DNA of 64,000 nucleotides from Verrucomicrobiota bacterium (GTDB taxonomy: Bacteria; Verrucomicrobiota; Kiritimatiellia; Kiritimatiellales; Tichowtungiaceae), in contig JAEIOF010000001.1 of NCBI GenBank assembly GCA_016342445.1, positions 6,777 to 70,776 of the forward strand, written 5' to 3'. Shown piece by piece: positions 62,457 to 64,000 of the stretch; position 1 is the first letter of the stretch; the number at the start of each line of letters is the position of its first letter. The position numbers and the translations under genes are program-made. The notes below the pieces were generated by a model, which worked only from the letters and a program-made list of their open reading frames with translations, had not been told where the DNA came from and did not search any database.

Positions 62457-64000
62457 TTATGGGACGAAAACTTTTACGCGATATGCCCCCGACTCTTGGC
62501 CTTCGTTCGCAACAGAGATGGTGGTGACTCCGTTGGAACCCGCCACACCGCTGGCGACATTCGTCCACCCCCCCGTTAGATCTTCAGCAAACTCGATCGT
62601 GTAATGCCGCGCATTGGTGGTTGCCCCGAACGTCACCTCCACAGACGGGCCGATTTCGATGGAATGCACCAGTAGCGGTGTATTGCTGACGAGCGGGCTG
62701 TAGCCGAGGATATATTCGTCGAGGTTGGAAATATTGTCCGTATCGTTATGCGCATGGGGAAGCAGTCCCGTCGTGGAGCCGGAATACCGGAGTTCCCAGT
62801 CGTTGGGAATGCCGTCGTCATCGCGGTCGTCGGTCACAATGAGCGTGACGGCCATATTCGTCGACGCCACAACGCTGTCGAGGTCATACGCGGTGACGAT
62901 GCCGTGATAGGTTCCGTTGGCAAGGCCTTCGGCGCTGACGGTCAGCGGATGCGTAAACGAGTCCCCCGCCAAAAGGTTGGCGCTCAGCGTCACATCGTCA
63001 ATGCCCAGCAGATCGGTGCTGGTGGGGGAATAATCGCGTACGCTGGCGATGCGCAGACCGAGAGTCTGTCCATGTTCGGCGCTACCTGCGGTGAACGAGG
63101 CCTCATAGGCATAACCACTGGTATTATTCATGGAGAAGGTCTCCCCGTTACCGCTCCCCAGACTGGCGGAATAGTTGTTTCCGGCACCAAAGGCCAAATC
63201 TGTTCCGGCGGCATCGGTGAAAGCCACCTGCACCTTGGCATAGGAACTCGAAACCTGTCGCATCGACATTGCCACCCGATAGGTGGTTCCTGACGACATG
63301 GTGACGGGCAGAATCTGCGTGAGCTGGCTGGAGCGTCCCAGGTTGTAATAGGCGTTGCTCACAGCCGGATCGGCGGTCCAGGAGCCGGTTTCATAATAGC
63401 CCTGATAGGCGTGGTCGCCGGCGCTGAGGATATCGGTAAAGGTCCAGCCCGCGGCAGCGGGTTGCTCGAAATCGCCGTTGACGAGAATTGCGGTGTTGGT
63501 AAGCCACGACACATTGTTGCTCAAACCGTAGTAAATCGATCCGCCGCCGCCGTAGAGCACGTCAAAGTCAACCGAGGTGCTTTCGCCGGAGGCGAGGCGA
63601 ATGGTTTTCGCATTGGGGGAGATGATCAACACGGGATCCTGCTGGATCTCAACCACGACATCCGCATCGAGAGTCAGGCCGCCCGCATCCGTTACACGAA
63701 CCGTATTCGTGAAGGTTGCCGTATTGACCTGCACCGGTGCGACAACAGTCATGATCCCGTTGGTGCCCAGACTGACCCATGCCGGGCCGTCCAGCAGCTC
63801 AAAGGTCACGCCGCTTTCGGGATCATTGAATTCCTGCGAGAGATCAAAGTCGGCGGTCGTCCCGCCGTCCAGTGCATACTCCGGCGGATTTTCCAGCCGG
63901 TACGGCGGGTTGTTGCCCAGGGCATCCACCAAAACGAATGATTGCGATGCCCCGTGCTGACAGTCCACTTCCAGCGTGGTGCTGCCGGCCGTCTGGCTGA
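62457..64000 (-). CDS. large secreted glycan-binding/adhesin-like protein, C-terminal part (the gene continues beyond the right edge)
   Basis: The frame stays open to position 64000 (..SQTAGSTTLEVDCQHG..). It has a cadherin/Ig-like segment, a CBM-like segment (NGDFEQPAAAGWTF), the Asp-rich motif TDDRDDDGIPNDWE and a C-terminal beta-sandwich ending ..SGAYRVKVFVP. Confidence 0.7.
   Translation of the reverse strand, partial: SQTAGSTTLEVDCQHGASQSFVLVDALGNNPPYRLENPPEYALDGGTTADFDLSQEFNDPESGVTFELLDGPAWVSLGTNGIMTVVAPVQVNTATFTNTVRVTDAGGLTLDADVVVEIQQDPVLIISPNAKTIRLASGESTSVDFDVLYGGGGSIYYGLSNNVSWLTNTAILVNGDFEQPAAAGWTFTDILSAGDHAYQGYYETGSWTADPAVSNAYYNLGRSSQLTQILPVTMSSGTTYRVAMSMRQVSSSYAKVQVAFTDAAGTDLAFGAGNNYSASLGSGNGETFSMNNTSGYAYEASFTAGSAEHGQTLGLRIASVRDYSPTSTDLLGIDDVTLSANLLAGDSFTHPLTVSAEGLANGTYHGIVTAYDLDSVVASTNMAVTLIVTDDRDDDGIPNDWELRYSGSTTGLLPHAHNDTDNISNLDEYILGYSPLVSNTPLLVHSIEIGPSVEVTFGATTNARHYTIEFAEDLTGGWTNVASGVAGSNGVTTISVANEGQESGAYRVKVFVP

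Noticed and set aside
62457-62840. Calling the shared C-terminal beta-sandwich a T9SS (Por) C-terminal sorting domain because of the ..GAYRVKVFVP ending.
   Set aside because: The resemblance is limited to a terminal strand pattern. No T9SS genes are in the window, and that system is not expected in this lineage. It is kept only as a generic possible sorting domain.

Overview
This is a 64-kb chromosomal segment with moderately high GC. Its gene content looks like a glycan-degrading member of the PVC group (Kiritimatiellota, Verrucomicrobiota or Lentisphaerota-like). That taxonomic call is inferred from gene content only. Most genes are on the minus strand.

Gene order, left to right:
- gcvT 5' end (runs off the left edge), a HAD hydrolase and an M16C PreP-like peptidase.
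- A frameshifted rluB-type pseudouridine synthase, an unannotated 50-aa small basic protein, uvrB and ettA.
- An orphan Wzz/GumC-like protein, a DUF1456 protein and a Cas4-like PD-(D/E)XK nuclease.
- A dcw block: mraZ-rsmH-ftsL-ftsI-murE-murF-mraY-murD-LysM-ftsW.
- A UDP-GlcNAc supply block: glmM, a hexapeptide-repeat protein, a LapA-like miniprotein, a TPR protein, gltA and glmS.
- rpsN, rpmB, hemW and tlyA.
- A six-gene amino-sugar operon (ROK-like kinase, PIG-L deacetylase, nagB, NahK-like kinase, 4-epimerase, nucleotidyltransferase) with a divergent AraC regulator.
- A module of two tandem secretin paralogs, a 1216-aa secreted NIDO-domain protein and a small RHH protein, followed by a truncated AraC copy.
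- An SSF symporter.
- A sulfated-glycan operon: two sulfatases, a GH29 fucosidase, PL6 and PL8 lyases, a CBM9-like protein and an SGNH esterase. A partial large secreted protein precedes it.

I found no rRNA, tRNA, CRISPR array, transposase or integrase.

The most unusual signal is a massively over-represented 15-bp interrupted palindrome, TTCCAA-N3-TTGGAA. I counted at least 29 perfect copies and about 14 near-perfect ones by eye. Most copies lie in frame inside conserved housekeeping genes, often in arrays with a 31-bp period. One 46-nt composite unit is shared between two unrelated genes.

The second candidate system is the orphan secretin pair with its NIDO-domain cargo, bracketed by a duplicated araC 3' half.

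All coordinates of short motifs come from manual reading. No database search or computation was possible.
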